Assembly: GCA_947476405.1 (NCBI GenBank)
Contig: CANJQG010000004.1
Coordinates: 12,085 to 76,084, forward strand
Direction: 5' to 3'
From: Thiotrichales bacterium
GTDB taxonomy: Bacteria; Pseudomonadota; Gammaproteobacteria; Francisellales; CACEW01
DNA length: 64,000 nt
Shown: in pieces, positions 42,395 through 51,652 of the stretch
Layout of the letters: every line of letters starts with the position of its first letter
Numbering within the stretch: the stretch's first letter is position 1
Notes under the pieces: model-generated
What the model saw: the letters and a program-made list of their open reading frames with translations, nothing else
Told to the model about the DNA's origin: nothing
Databases searched by the model: none
Made by a program: the position numbers and the translations under genes

Positions 42395-43165
42395 TTACAA
42401 AAAGTAGTTCAACTCACCCAGAATAATACTTGGAATCAACGTACCTGCATTGGCCGCATTATCGCCATGAAGTTTAACAGGAAAATAATAGTCATATTCA
42501 AAGCGAAATGAAAGCCTTGGTGTAAAAAAATACTCATCGCCCACCCCTAAAATAGGGTTAATTTGGTTCCAGAAATTGCTATGATTGCTCGAATTCGTTT
42601 GAGCATACAGTGGGATCGTTCGCGCATCAGGCGTATTGGGTAAAAAATTGAGATCAATTTCCACATTACTTTGTGTGGTGACATTCATATAGGCCGCTCC
42701 TGCCCGGGCAAATAAATCAAACTTTTGCGTAATGGGATAGTTAAATTTAGCGCTTAAATCAATCGCACTGGCATTAATGGTATTTTTAACATTTAAATTT
42801 TCGTTGAAATAGTGGTTCACAGGTGCGAAATTAGAAATACATTTTTCCAAGTCGCCCGAGGTGCAGATAAATTGATTGTTACTGCCGTTATTATGATAGG
42901 TTCCAATGTTGGTATACCCTAATTCTATACCCCAATGACGGGTGAATTGATATCCTAAATAAAGTCGCCCCCCTAATACCCCATGCTCTGCATCGGCAAT
43001 CGGGAATAATTCATAATCAGGCTTAAAATATTGAATCCCCACCCCAGCACCCGCACCCACATAAACTTTTGAAAAAAGGGTATCATCCGCTGAAAGAAAC
43101 AATGGAACAAAGATAAACATGAAAAAACTTAGGGCGCGAAACTTTAAAGTTGAACTAAAAAACAA
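42395..43165 (-). CDS. Outer-membrane beta-barrel protein (OmpA-like/opacity-type small porin family)
   Basis: Signal peptide (FFMFIFVPLFLSA/DD), alternating beta-strand pattern rich in Gly/Tyr/Asn, C-terminal aromatic-containing strand (GELNYFL). TTG start. Confidence 0.65.
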   Translation of the reverse strand: MFFSSTLKFRALSFFMFIFVPLFLSADDTLFSKVYVGAGAGVGIQYFKPDYELFPIADAEHGVLGGRLYLGYQFTRHWGIELGYTNIGTYHNNGSNNQFICTSGDLEKCISNFAPVNHYFNENLNVKNTINASAIDLSAKFNYPITQKFDLFARAGAAYMNVTTQSNVEIDLNFLPNTPDARTIPLYAQTNSSNHSNFWNQINPILGVGDEYFFTPRLSFRFEYDYYFPVKLHGDNAANAGTLIPSIILGELNYFL

Positions 43166-43234
43166 ATTTTCTTAAGATAGCATTTGAATACGAAGCATGA
43201 TATAACATTGGCAGGTCATCATCAATGTAAAACT

Positions 43235-44203
43235 ATGAACCAAAGCACTTTTATTTCAGGCTGGTATGCTATTTTGCCCTCGCATATTTTAAAAAATAAA
43301 CCAATGCCTTTAAAACGCTTTGGCATTGATTTGGTTTTATGGCGTCAAAACAATCATCAACTCTCTATTTTTCTAGATCGCTGTCCACATCGAGGCGCAA
43401 AACTGAGCTTGGGCAAAGTGCATGATGATCACATTCAATGTCCTTTTCATGGATTTCGATTTGACAGTCAAGGCCAATGTGCTTTTGCGCCAGAATTTAA
43501 CAAGCCGATTCCAGGTCTCCAAGCCCGTTGTTTTGAGGCAAAAGAAGCCTTTGACATGATTTGGATCTATTGGGGAGAAGGCGCGCCTCAGCCCTTTGAA
43601 TATCAAGCACTATCTGATATCCATACTCAATTTAAAACCTACAGCACTATTCAAAAAATATGGCATTCTCACATGACTTATTGCATTGAAAATCAGCTAG
43701 ATTACACTCATTTACGTTTTGTACATAAAAGTACGATTGGCAGAGGTTTCAAAATGCCAGAAAATCCAAAAGTGGTGACTGGCGATCAAAAAATCAGTAT
43801 TTATTTTAACAACCAAGATGTCCCTGCAACCACCTTTTTATTCACTAACGCCTGGATTTTAAATATCAGCCAGAAAATGAAGCTGGTATTGTATTTTTGC
43901 CCAATTGATGCGACGCAGACACAACTCTACTTGTATAGTTACCGCCAGTTTTTAAGCCAACCAATCATTAAAAAAATAGTAGATCCGCTGATCAATTTAT
44001 CAAATCGCATTATTTTAAAACAGGATCAGCATGTTGTTGCATCACAGGGGACGTTGCCCTCCTATCTTGCAGAAGAGGATAGGCTGATGCGTCATGATCA
44101 GGCTATTCGCGATTTTCGCCAGATTTGGATTGAGAAGCTAATAAATGAACGCATTGAGCCGGATATGCAAAATGAATATCATGCGCAATTTTTACGGCAA
44201 TGA
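43235..44203 (+). CDS. Rieske [2Fe-2S] non-haem-iron oxygenase (PaO/KshA-like alpha subunit)
   Basis: Rieske motif CPHRGAKLSLG-x15-CPFHGFRF, and mononuclear iron motif NQLDYTHLRFVH. Start at ATG 43235; the track ORF starts at TTG 43184. Confidence 0.8.
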   Translation: MNQSTFISGWYAILPSHILKNKPMPLKRFGIDLVLWRQNNHQLSIFLDRCPHRGAKLSLGKVHDDHIQCPFHGFRFDSQGQCAFAPEFNKPIPGLQARCFEAKEAFDMIWIYWGEGAPQPFEYQALSDIHTQFKTYSTIQKIWHSHMTYCIENQLDYTHLRFVHKSTIGRGFKMPENPKVVTGDQKISIYFNNQDVPATTFLFTNAWILNISQKMKLVLYFCPIDATQTQLYLYSYRQFLSQPIIKKIVDPLINLSNRIILKQDQHVVASQGTLPSYLAEEDRLMRHDQAIRDFRQIWIEKLINERIEPDMQNEYHAQFLRQ

Positions 44204-44966
44204 TCCAATCTTGGGTAATCAAATCAATGATTTTTTTCCGGCTGTTTGGATAATAAAAAAAAGTCGACTCTAGGCGAATCAAAGAGCCATCAGATTCATG
44301 AGGAGAAAGAAATACTTCAGGCAACACCTGGAGATGACTTTTATTATTTTTTTTGACCTTTAACTTAGCGTAAATTTCCTGTGTATGTTTGCAAATAATT
44401 TCATGCAGAATTTTTTTTGCCTGAACGGCATCACTTTCGACAGTGATATAAGTCGAAAAATAAAAGCTTAGATGCTCACTTAGTTCAGAATGGTTGATGA
44501 GCTCATGAGTAAAAATAAAATGATTGGGCACTTTAAGATAACCATGCTTTGTATTGGCTTTAGAAAGCAGCGTGAATTCTTGCCAGCCCGTTGAAATAAT
44601 CTCTCCTGAATGTCCTTTAATAGAAATATGATCTCCAATTTTGAAAAGATTTTTACTTTTAATCAATAGCTTGGCACTCATATTTAAAATGAGCTCTTTA
44701 TGAGTCACCACTAATGCAGCACCCATTAAAGAGGCTAAGGCTGTAAAAATACGGAGCGTTTCAAACCAAATTTCCCCCACAATATAGACACTCAAAAAAA
44801 TCGATACGTAGGCGATACGGCCAGTCCATACTTGTCTATAATTTTCATTTTTAATTATTTTATGTAAAAAAATACGCATCATTCCATAAGCTAAAGCCAT
44901 CAGCATTAAGACGACAGCGCTACCCATTAAATTATTGAGATTATTATTAACCCAGGCTAAGATCAT
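44103..44966 (-). CDS. Mechanosensitive ion channel family protein (MscS-like)
   Basis: Three N-terminal TM segments, then FKIGDHISIKGHSGEIISTGWQEFTLL (MscS beta-domain motif). Starts 2 nt after the upstream gene's stop. Confidence 0.7.
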   Translation of the reverse strand: MILAWVNNNLNNLMGSAVVLMLMALAYGMMRIFLHKIIKNENYRQVWTGRIAYVSIFLSVYIVGEIWFETLRIFTALASLMGAALVVTHKELILNMSAKLLIKSKNLFKIGDHISIKGHSGEIISTGWQEFTLLSKANTKHGYLKVPNHFIFTHELINHSELSEHLSFYFSTYITVESDAVQAKKILHEIICKHTQEIYAKLKVKKNNKSHLQVLPEVFLSPHESDGSLIRLESTFFYYPNSRKKIIDLITQDWIIAVKIAHDIHFAYPAQCVHLLASQSKSGENRE

Positions 44967-44968
44967 TT

Positions 44969-45469
44969 TTATCCCCGCTTCATTTTTGAAAAATGAAACA
45001 AACTCACAATACTCAGACTAATCGCTAAAATGCTTAACGAAAAATATAATAAATCAATGCTATGATCATAAGTCATTTCAATTGCAAATTTAAAATACTC
45101 AATGAGCAAGGCAAGCACAATGGTTTTACTTAGGATATCCTTTAATTGATCTAGGCTCTTAATGCTTAAAACCGAATTTTTTGAAATTCCCATTGATTGC
45201 TCATCATTTAAAAAGAGACTATATATCCCATTGCTAAAAATATAAAATAAAAATGCAATTAAATACTGATCAATTGAAAAAATGGCCATCGCAATCGCTG
45301 ATTTTGTTAGAACATAGTCAAAATGGACCGCCCAAATTGCGGGCAATGCAATTATGGCTTGAATCAGCGTCATTGTTGCCATAATCAGCATGAAGAAAAA
45401 GCCAAGCAAGCCTGTAATGCAAGGGATATAAATCAATTTTTTTGATATTTTTAGAATTTTATAAAACAT
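44969..45469 (-). CDS. Small 4-TM membrane protein, YqhA/UPF0114-like
   Basis: 166 aa. Topology and the segment SLDQLKDILSKTIVLALLIEYFKFAI resemble E. coli YqhA ([23 protein letters not shown]). Assignment is tentative. Confidence 0.45.
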   Translation of the reverse strand: MFYKILKISKKLIYIPCITGLLGFFFMLIMATMTLIQAIIALPAIWAVHFDYVLTKSAIAMAIFSIDQYLIAFLFYIFSNGIYSLFLNDEQSMGISKNSVLSIKSLDQLKDILSKTIVLALLIEYFKFAIEMTYDHSIDLLYFSLSILAISLSIVSLFHFSKMKRG

Positions 45470-45484
45470 TTTTTTCTCCTATTA

Positions 45485-46318
45485 TCATGGATTACAGTAC
45501 TCACAATATTGAAGCGGCGCTTGGGTCAGACCATCCAGGCGCTTTGATTTTTCAACGTATTCGCAGGATACGCATTGTTTTAATCGAAACTGGTAGAGTG
45601 TGCTAGGGGCCTCACAGCATTCGCACAAGAGCTTGCCTGTTGTCGCCAATTTTCCAAATCCTGGACTCCTGCATTGCGGGCAGTGCTGCAGGATTCGCTG
45701 TGCCAATTTTTCTGCAGCCGTTGCAATGACGGTCATGCGTGATGGGTTGAAACACGCACGCATATCGGCTTCTAAGCGTATTTGCTGTGACTGTTTAAAT
45801 GCTTGTTCTATTGCAGTGTTTAAGGAAAGGGCGTCTGTAATGCCTTTTTGAATTGATCCGCTTTCTAATGCCCTGACGATTAAGCCATGGCTAGGAAACG
45901 CTACCTGTTTTAAAAAGGCTGCATAATCATCACCAGCGTTGAGATCGAACTGTGCATAATTGGTCTCTGTAGAGATCACGCTTTCAATGATTTCAATACC
46001 GTGTTTTAGATCAATGAGGCCGATCAATTCAATATCTGCAGGAATCATAAAGAAATCAGGATGCGGGCCAAAACTACCCTCACTGGCAATGGCATAGTCA
46101 TAGCCCGCTTTTTGTGCCGCATGTGTGGCTTTCGCAATCAAAGTGGCGAGTGGATTTTGCAGACGCGGAACTTCTCCTGCAAACGTACCAAATTGATCGC
46201 TGTCAAAATCTTTGGCCACGTCGATATCACAGCCAATTAAACGTTTGAAAATCGGCTGGATAACGCGCTCTTTGTGGTGTTTCGTGGCGACTAGGATTCG
46301 GGTATTGCGATAGCGCAT
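45485..46318 (-). CDS. Uncharacterised soluble protein with a C-terminal double zinc ribbon (four CxxC pairs)
   Basis: 277-aa ORF whose start overlaps the dabA stop by 28 nt. The C-terminus has CPQC-x16-CECC and CVSC-x18-CEYC. The N-terminal region (EGSFGPHPDFF...) is not assignable by me. Confidence 0.7.
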   Translation of the reverse strand: MRYRNTRILVATKHHKERVIQPIFKRLIGCDIDVAKDFDSDQFGTFAGEVPRLQNPLATLIAKATHAAQKAGYDYAIASEGSFGPHPDFFMIPADIELIGLIDLKHGIEIIESVISTETNYAQFDLNAGDDYAAFLKQVAFPSHGLIVRALESGSIQKGITDALSLNTAIEQAFKQSQQIRLEADMRACFNPSRMTVIATAAEKLAQRILQHCPQCRSPGFGKLATTGKLLCECCEAPSTLYQFRLKQCVSCEYVEKSKRLDGLTQAPLQYCEYCNP

Positions 46319-48615
46319 GTGGGCTGCTCCGGTTCAATCACAGTAAGAGACAGCCAGTGGCCATGAATCAATTGTTGTAACAGTGGCTGGCGTTGAATAA
46401 TATCAATAACACGCTGCTGAGGGGCATAGACCACAATCAATAAACGCTGAGGCTGATGAAGTAGTTGATTGCCAAAGCGGACACTTTGCTCGGGCAGGCC
46501 GATTTTTAAGTCGCTGTCATTGCCTTCGACCACGCCAATTCTACCGACGATGCTGTGAAGGGTTTTATTGCCTGCGCCAAAAAAGTCTGGGTTAACGGTC
46601 GAAAAATAATATTGCGCGTTAATCCAATGCGCAACCACTGCTGGAGCACATAAAATCGACTCCAATATGCTTCCCGTTGCATCGCTTTTGGGATCATAGC
46701 AATGTAAAAAGGAGCGGCGCTCTAAGTCAATACCCCGAGTAAATAAACGTGGACCAATGATCAACGCGGCATTATTGGCCAGACCTAACTCTGGAATCAT
46801 CTCAGCCCAATCAAAGGGTTTGCGCCAAAGCTTATTGCGGTTGGGCCAACTGATTAAGCGTTCTTGACGAAGGTCGCTGCTAGCCTGATGCAGGTCTTGT
46901 TGAAAAGTATGAAAGGTGGCATTGCTTGGAGTTGGGGTTGGAGCAAGCCAGCGGATTTCATCTGTGGTCGTGTTATGACATGCGGGGATAAATTGCGTCT
47001 CTTCTGGGATATCAATCCCTTTATTGCGCAAGGCGTTTCGAATCTCAGGATCATTCAGGCTTTGTGCGGCCATTGTAGCATTCGCCATGCCGGAGTTTCC
47101 GCCGCAAGCGCCACAGTTCAGTGCGCTGGCAAATGGATTGTTGTCTGACTGTGATTCATGGCCACAAATCACGACCCATTGGGCAAAGTTTTGCGTTAAA
47201 CCTATCGTTTGCAATAATGATGCGGCACTATTCACTGCTTGTTCAAATGGAATATGGGACTGATACTGGGGAAGTGTTTTCTGCTTATGATGGCGCAGAG
47301 GAATCCACTCCTTGATCCATAAGGCAGCCGCGGGAAATAGTGACAGCATTTCAACTAAGCCAAAACAACTGAGCGGATGATTTTTGCTATTTTCCAATAC
47401 CGTTTTGGCCGCCTGTATCGCTTGCCCTAAGCGTGTTTGTGGTCGGGTATTTTGGCTCACCACATCGCTTGGGCTGACCAACGCGGGGCATTGTAGGCGA
47501 CAAGCGCTCGTCTCATCCAGTTTAAAGATAAAGCCAAAAAAACCGGCAATCCCAAAAGTGTGATATTGCGGATGCTGCTCAAGTTTTCTCCGTAATCCTT
47601 CAGAACGGGCATCCATGCAAAAAATCAATTGAACGGCAGGGCACGTATCGGTTTTAGGAGGGGATGGCTTCAAAATTTTTTCGAATAAATCCTGTTGATA
47701 GGCTTGCTCGTAAGCAGTTTGCCAGGTCAATAAAATATCCACATGATCTAGGGGTGGAATAAGAGCACTTCTGCTATTCGCGCGGTACCATTGCTGCCAA
47801 ATCAAACTTTGTGAGGCGGTGCTTGATATCGCGATCACATCGTAGCTTGAATGGTTTGCCAGAATATATTCATAGCATAGCCACATTCCTACCAGGGTGA
47901 TAAGATCCGCATCGCCTTCCAGCCAGGGGTTTTCGGGATGGCGCTGTAGCCATTGAATCAATCCCGCATAACCCTTGAGTTCTAATAAAATACGGCTGAA
48001 ATAAACAGGCAGCATTGTTAAGGGAATGCCTATTTTTTGCAACAGATTTTCAATGGTCACTTCGATCGCGTGTTGTGGTTGAAGTAATGCTTTTAGTTTG
48101 GGTTGCTCAAGCACAATAAAATGGCACCAAAAGGCCCAGAGTGATTGCTTGGGCTTGGGTAGCCAATTGGCCTCTCCTCGGTCAAAATAAGGGGTCATCC
48201 ATTGTAGACATTGTTGCCTGACCCAGTTTTTGTGCTTGCCAGAGGGCAAATGATCCAACTGCTCGCTTAGCAAAATCAAAGTGTGCACGGGAGCGATTTC
48301 CTCGCAGAGCTTTTGCTGCAAGGCAAGATCCAACCAAAAATCGTTGTGCAGATAATCTGAGCCTAGGTTTTTTTGAATGGCTTTTTGGAGATGATCTGGG
48401 CTGATTGTGCCCGCTTTAAAAGCATCCATATAAAAACGGAGTGACATGGTGCCGGATTGACCATGAAGGCTATAGAGTTTCGACAAGACCGTTTTGATGC
48501 TGTGATGTTTAGCCTCCCAGAGCGGATTAGTCGCGATAAAGCTATTGAGTGGCCAGTATTCGCTAATCCATTCGCTGGCTTCGATGATTGCTTGTTTAAT
48601 GATATCTGGATTCAT
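46291..48615 (-). CDS. dabA: DabA (DUF2309/YbcC family), beta-carbonic-anhydrase-like subunit of the DAB inorganic-carbon uptake complex
   Basis: About 775 aa. FC(345)MD(347)ARSEGLRR and ICGH(498)ES...LNC(513)GACGGNSG match the Cys/Asp/His/Cys zinc-ligand pattern reported for DabA. The ATGA start overlaps the dabB stop at 48612-48615. Confidence 0.85.
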   Translation of the reverse strand: MNPDIIKQAIIEASEWISEYWPLNSFIATNPLWEAKHHSIKTVLSKLYSLHGQSGTMSLRFYMDAFKAGTISPDHLQKAIQKNLGSDYLHNDFWLDLALQQKLCEEIAPVHTLILLSEQLDHLPSGKHKNWVRQQCLQWMTPYFDRGEANWLPKPKQSLWAFWCHFIVLEQPKLKALLQPQHAIEVTIENLLQKIGIPLTMLPVYFSRILLELKGYAGLIQWLQRHPENPWLEGDADLITLVGMWLCYEYILANHSSYDVIAISSTASQSLIWQQWYRANSRSALIPPLDHVDILLTWQTAYEQAYQQDLFEKILKPSPPKTDTCPAVQLIFCMDARSEGLRRKLEQHPQYHTFGIAGFFGFIFKLDETSACRLQCPALVSPSDVVSQNTRPQTRLGQAIQAAKTVLENSKNHPLSCFGLVEMLSLFPAAALWIKEWIPLRHHKQKTLPQYQSHIPFEQAVNSAASLLQTIGLTQNFAQWVVICGHESQSDNNPFASALNCGACGGNSGMANATMAAQSLNDPEIRNALRNKGIDIPEETQFIPACHNTTTDEIRWLAPTPTPSNATFHTFQQDLHQASSDLRQERLISWPNRNKLWRKPFDWAEMIPELGLANNAALIIGPRLFTRGIDLERRSFLHCYDPKSDATGSILESILCAPAVVAHWINAQYYFSTVNPDFFGAGNKTLHSIVGRIGVVEGNDSDLKIGLPEQSVRFGNQLLHQPQRLLIVVYAPQQRVIDIIQRQPLLQQLIHGHWLSLTVIEPEQPTCAIAIPES

Positions 48616-50093
48616 AACCATCCCCGGATTAATAATAATAAAGCGACCCATGCCATTAATCCATGAGTCAACCTAGGTGATATTGGAATGAGAATAGCAT
48701 GCTGGAGTCGTTGATAAAACGCGTTAATATAGCCTTTTTGTAAGCTGATTCGGTAGGCCCATTGACCTATTGCGCTTTGCATGAGCTTATTTTTTGGAAT
48801 CAACCACCCTAGCCACTGCCAAGCAAACAGTAATGAGATGATTAACCCCTGAAAGGACGTGCTAAGCGTGATATGGGCAGAACGCTCAGGGAAATACAGA
48901 CAGAGTAAATGCGTCCACCAACAATAAAGATTGACGATTAAAAACAGTCCAATCGCACTGAGAAGTAAAGTCTGCCAGGAGAGTCGTTGTTGCAACACGC
49001 TATGGCAAGCTTGTGCAAGTGTGATGGCGCTAAATCCCCAGAATAAAACAGGCGGTAAGCTGAGTGACCACGATAAATGGCAGCGCCATAATATCAACAA
49101 AGCCACGCTGGTACTGATGAAGGCTGTGCATAATCGCCGGATAGTGCTTGGTTTGATATAGTGGGTTATGACCCAGGATCGATTACCATTATTCAAAAAC
49201 AATCCGGCTTTCAATAAACCATGCGTCATCATATGTAAAAGCGGAGCGCTAAACACGCCCAGGCCAAATTGAAACACCATAAATCCCATCTGTCCCATGG
49301 TTGAATAGGCTAGTTTTTGTTTGACATGGCTGCATGTGAGCATACAAAAACTGCCAAATATGGCGCTGATCAAACCAATCAAAAGCAATGCCAGCATGAC
49401 AGGTGCATGTTGGTAAAATAGCGGTGCCAGTCTTAGCAATAAAAATCCTCCTGCATTAATCACCCCTGCATGCATCAAGGCTGAAACGGGTGTGGGGGTT
49501 TCTAACGTATCTGGCAACCAAACATGAAATGGAAATAGCGCTGATTTGGTCATGATCGCAATCATCAGCAGTACAGCAATCCACCCCGAGTGTTGCGCAT
49601 GAATAATCACGCTGTAATCTGAACTTCCCCAATATTGATAAGATAAAATTACCGCACTTAAAAAACAGATATCGCCGATGCGATTGATCAGAAATTTCTT
49701 CAAAGCCGCTTCGCGTGCCCTCGGTCTGTGGGCATAATGATTGAGCAGCCAATACAAGGTCAAACCAATACATTGCCAGGCAATAAAGGCCGTGAGTAGA
49801 TTGCTTGAGAGGATGAGTAATGTGACACTGGTGCTGACCCAGCACAATCGTGCTAAAAATAAGCGTCTTTTAGGATCTGCAGTCATATAGCGTCGGGCAT
49901 ATCCAAAAATAATAAGACTAATAAAGCTCACTAAAATCAGTATCACAATCGATAGCAGGGGAATCAGGGTCGGCCGGATTAGGCAGCTGATCGCGATGAT
50001 CCATTGCGCAGCAAGCAAGAATTGACTGAGGCGAGAATGATAAAAGCAAGAAATACCCGCAAGCAAGGGCAAGCACAACAGAAGTAGCGTCAT
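48612..50093 (-). CDS. dabB: DabB, NuoL/MrpD-like proton-conducting membrane subunit of the DAB complex
   Basis: 493-aa polytopic protein with the complex I antiporter-subunit motif (FPFHVWLPDTLETPTPVSALMHAGVINAGG). Immediately upstream of, and coupled to, dabA. Confidence 0.8.
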   Translation of the reverse strand: MTLLLLCLPLLAGISCFYHSRLSQFLLAAQWIIAISCLIRPTLIPLLSIVILILVSFISLIIFGYARRYMTADPKRRLFLARLCWVSTSVTLLILSSNLLTAFIAWQCIGLTLYWLLNHYAHRPRAREAALKKFLINRIGDICFLSAVILSYQYWGSSDYSVIIHAQHSGWIAVLLMIAIMTKSALFPFHVWLPDTLETPTPVSALMHAGVINAGGFLLLRLAPLFYQHAPVMLALLLIGLISAIFGSFCMLTCSHVKQKLAYSTMGQMGFMVFQFGLGVFSAPLLHMMTHGLLKAGLFLNNGNRSWVITHYIKPSTIRRLCTAFISTSVALLILWRCHLSWSLSLPPVLFWGFSAITLAQACHSVLQQRLSWQTLLLSAIGLFLIVNLYCWWTHLLCLYFPERSAHITLSTSFQGLIISLLFAWQWLGWLIPKNKLMQSAIGQWAYRISLQKGYINAFYQRLQHAILIPISPRLTHGLMAWVALLLLIRGWL

Positions 50094-50125
50094 TCATATT
50101 ATCCTGGGTTAAGATTGTGTTGATT

Positions 50126-50140
50126 ATAAAGCCGTGTTAT
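50126..50140. promoter_or_regulatory. Candidate LysR-type T-N11-A box (ATAA-N7-TTAT dyad) in the dabB / lysR divergent region
   Basis: ATAAAGCCGTGTTAT, read directly. It lies between divergent start codons at 50093 and 50190. Confidence 0.3.
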
Positions 50141-50189
50141 CATTTTTAAAAATTTATAATTATTGGCTTAACCATCACGAGAAAATGAT

Positions 50190-51104
50190 ATGAGACTCAG
50201 CCTACACCAACTTACTGTATTTCGTGCTATTGCTGATCAAGGTGGCATCACAGCTGCGGCACAGAAGCTACATATGACTCAACCTGCCGTGTCGAATATT
50301 CTCAAGCAACTACACCACTATTATCAGCAACCCCTGGTTGAGGTCATCGCCAAAAAGGTATATTTAACCGAGGCAGGCAAGGTCTTGTATCAGCATGCCG
50401 TTCAAGTGGATCAAATATTGCATAAAGCAGCCACAGAAGTAAAATCGCTGGGGGGTGGCGTACGGGGTAACTTACGATTAGCCGTGGTGTCGACCGCTAA
50501 ATATTTTGTGCCACGTTTATTAGGCGCTTTTAAACGCTGCTATCCCGAGGTGAATATCACCCTGGAAGTCTTAAATCGTGAACAGGTGATTGAGCAGCTT
50601 ACGCAAAACCAGAATGATTTTGTCATTATGAGTCAGCCCCCCTTAAACATTCCCATTGAGGTTGAGCCTTTTTATGAAGATCAATTGGTGCTTTCCTGCG
50701 CCACGGATCACCCCTTATTCAGTCAAAAAAAAATTGCGTTTTCAGTCCTGAGTAACGAGCCCTGGTTAATGCGTGAAAAAGGCTCTGGCACGCGCATGGT
50801 GATGCTGAAATGGATGCATCATCATCAGATTATACCCAATAGTATCATGGAAATTGGCAACAACGAATCCATCAAGCAGTTGGTGATGGCGGGGATGGGC
50901 ATTTCTTTGCTCTCAAAACAAAGCATTGAAATCGAATTAGCCGCTGGATTAATTGCGATATTGCCCGTTAAAGGCTTGCCCTTGAAGCACGAGTGGTATA
51001 TGGTGCGGCATGTCGATAAACAGCCCTCTAATTTGGTGCGCACTTTTTATGAGTTTGTGCAACAACATCCTGACTTGGGACATTTTTTAACGCTAAAAGA
51101 GTGA
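50190..51104 (+). CDS. LysR-family transcriptional regulator, CbbR/CmpR-like
   Basis: The N-terminal HTH LHQLTVFRAIADQGGITAAAQKLHMTQPAVSNILKQLH resembles CbbR-type regulators. 304 aa. Divergent from dabBA. Confidence 0.85.
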   Translation: MRLSLHQLTVFRAIADQGGITAAAQKLHMTQPAVSNILKQLHHYYQQPLVEVIAKKVYLTEAGKVLYQHAVQVDQILHKAATEVKSLGGGVRGNLRLAVVSTAKYFVPRLLGAFKRCYPEVNITLEVLNREQVIEQLTQNQNDFVIMSQPPLNIPIEVEPFYEDQLVLSCATDHPLFSQKKIAFSVLSNEPWLMREKGSGTRMVMLKWMHHHQIIPNSIMEIGNNESIKQLVMAGMGISLLSKQSIEIELAAGLIAILPVKGLPLKHEWYMVRHVDKQPSNLVRTFYEFVQQHPDLGHFLTLKE

Positions 51105-51255
51105 GCTAAATCAATACTAAAGTTCAATCATATGCTATGCTATGTTCGATTTTTTATACTTATTTATTGTTTTATTTTTTAAAAAAATCAATTGCATTTT
51201 ATCAAAAAAAAATTATAATAGGAGCGCTATACTACAACCGATCAGAAGGACACTT

Positions 51256-51549
51256 ATGCTATCCGTCATCAAAAAAAACCCGATTCTAACCACTTGCCTA
51301 ATCATAGCACTCTTATTAGGCTTTATTTTTGCAACCACAAAACCCGGCAATAACTCCAACAATCTAGATAAAGAGGAACCGAAGTACATCTCAGCTGGGC
51401 TTTTCACAATCGCCCTCATGGGCCTGTTTGCGTTATGCCGTAAGTATTGTAAGCGGGACGAGGAAGAATTACACCAACCACTTCTCCCCATGAGAGTAGC
51501 AATGTTAGTGCGCCCTGCCCCCGTTATCGCTCCGCCACTCACCCCATAA
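51256..51549 (+). CDS. Hypothetical small membrane protein (two TM segments, Pro-rich tail)
   Basis: MLSVIKKNPILTTCLIIALLLGFIF... Start at the first ATG, 51256; the track ORF extension from 51142 looks spurious. An antisense ORF of similar size also exists. Confidence 0.35.
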   Translation: MLSVIKKNPILTTCLIIALLLGFIFATTKPGNNSNNLDKEEPKYISAGLFTIALMGLFALCRKYCKRDEEELHQPLLPMRVAMLVRPAPVIAPPLTP

Positions 51550-51652
51550 AAAATTATTTATATCAATGATCGTATTCAATCTAACTTGCATCTTATTATT
51601 TATTTTGAGACAATGACATCCTGCCATTTTATTAGGATGTTGTCATCACAGC

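Noticed and set aside
51550-51652. A TyrR box or attenuator upstream of the DAHP synthase gene.
   Set aside because: There is no match to TGTAAA-N6-TTTACA. Only a 7-bp imperfect inverted repeat is present, with no leader peptide rich in aromatic codons.
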